A stretch of 8,049 bases of DNA from NCBI RefSeq assembly GCF_006345805.1, contig NW_021828604.1:1-8049 (forward strand). The letters are read 5' to 3'. Positions 7,291 to 8,049 of this stretch are shown one piece after another (within the stretch, counting starts at the first letter, position 1; each line of letters starts with the position of its first letter). Made by a program: the position numbers and the translations under genes. The notes below the pieces were generated by a model. The model did not search any database. It saw nothing but the letters and a program-made list of their open reading frames with translations, and had not been told where the DNA came from. This DNA comes from Octopus sinensis. Lineage: Eukaryota.

Positions 7291-7599
7291 AATACAAACT
7301 TATAATTTTTATGCAGATAATAAACGTAATAAATTTCTCCATTCCTAAATGTTCGCTTGATTGTATACTTTTAAGAAGGCAAACTCTTTCTTTTTGTCCC
7401 CTTAGCAGAATTATTATATAAAACTTATTCTGTATACAATTACTATTATATAAATTATTAAACAATATTAATTTAGCTTCCCTATTAGTCAAAAAGCATT
7501 GACAAGGGACTTACGCGCAGGAATCCTTCTCACAGAAAGAAATAACGGCGTATTATTAAAAAAAAATACAATTATTAACAGACGGGGTACACTCGTTTA

Positions 7600-7974
7600 G
7601 GAGGCGCAATGGCCCAGTAGTTAGGGCAGCGAAATCGGGGTCGTAGGATCGCGGTTTCGATTTCCAGGTGGAGCACTGTGAGAGTTTATTGGGCGAAAAT
7701 ACCTAAAATTCCTCGAGGCCCCGGCAGAGGGTGGTGGCGAACCCTGCTGTACCCTTTCACCACAACTGTCTCCCACTCTTTCTTCCTGTTTCTGTTGTAC
7801 CTGTATTTCAAAGGGGGCCAACCTTCACACACTCTGTGTCGCGTTGAATCTCCCCGAGAGCTTACGTTAAGGGTACACGTGTCTGTGGAGTGCTCAGCCA
7901 CTTGCACGTTAATTTCACGAGCAGGCTGTTTCGTTGGTCGGGTCAACGGGAACCCACGTCGTCGCAGTGCCACG
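7600..7974 (+). mobile_element. Full-length tRNA-derived SINE with target-site duplication
   Basis: GGAGGCGCAATGGCCCAGTAGTT (A box) and GGTTTCGATTTCC (B box, 7653-7665). Its 3' module is shared with 3773-4008. Flanks ACACTCGTTTA (7589-7599) and ACACCCGTTTA (7975-7985) match 10/11. Confidence 0.9.
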
Positions 7975-7986
7975 ACACCCGTTTAT

Positions 7987-7988
<2 letters not shown>

Positions 7989-8020
<32 letters not shown>
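7989..8020. repeat. (CA)n microsatellite
   Basis: Direct reading. Confidence 0.97.
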
Positions 8021-8023
<3 letters not shown>

Positions 8024-8049
8024 GCCTTACGTATTATACGTGTGTACGT

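Noticed and set aside
7514-7545. Minus-strand micro-exon before a GTAAGT donor
   Set aside because: Only GAG or AAG acceptors are available and the donor's exonic side is poor.
7600-7670. tRNA gene at the A/B-box region (also 3773-3835)
   Set aside because: No complete cloverleaf or oligo-T terminator. The heads continue into SINE bodies bounded by TSDs.

Overview
Non-coding, AT-rich, microsatellite-saturated animal DNA. I recognise the SINE sequences as resembling octopus SINEs, so the host is probably an octopus; this is recall plus inference, not a search result. About 40% of the window is (TA)n/(CA)n/(CATA)n simple sequence, and most entries in the ORF track are translations of those repeats; the rest overlap mobile-element fragments or have no recognisable product. 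The remainder is a patchwork of retroposon debris. It holds four near-complete tRNA-derived SINEs: two related minus-strand copies, and two plus-strand copies that share a 3' module and have target-site duplications. It also holds a SINE head fragment, orphan 3' tails, a decayed RTE-clade LINE 3' end (CPTC..H zinc-finger remnant), and four short non-SINE inserts embedded in (TA)n tracts. The best observation is in one of those inserts. Minus strand 1464-1415 folds into a complete minimal type I hammerhead ribozyme whose core carries a compensatory C3-G8 to G3-C8 swap (GUGAACA instead of CUGANGA), so a standard motif search would miss it. A second TA-embedded insert keeps half of a canonical hammerhead core. 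No host gene is established; there is only a weak candidate minus-strand exon at 2576-2638.
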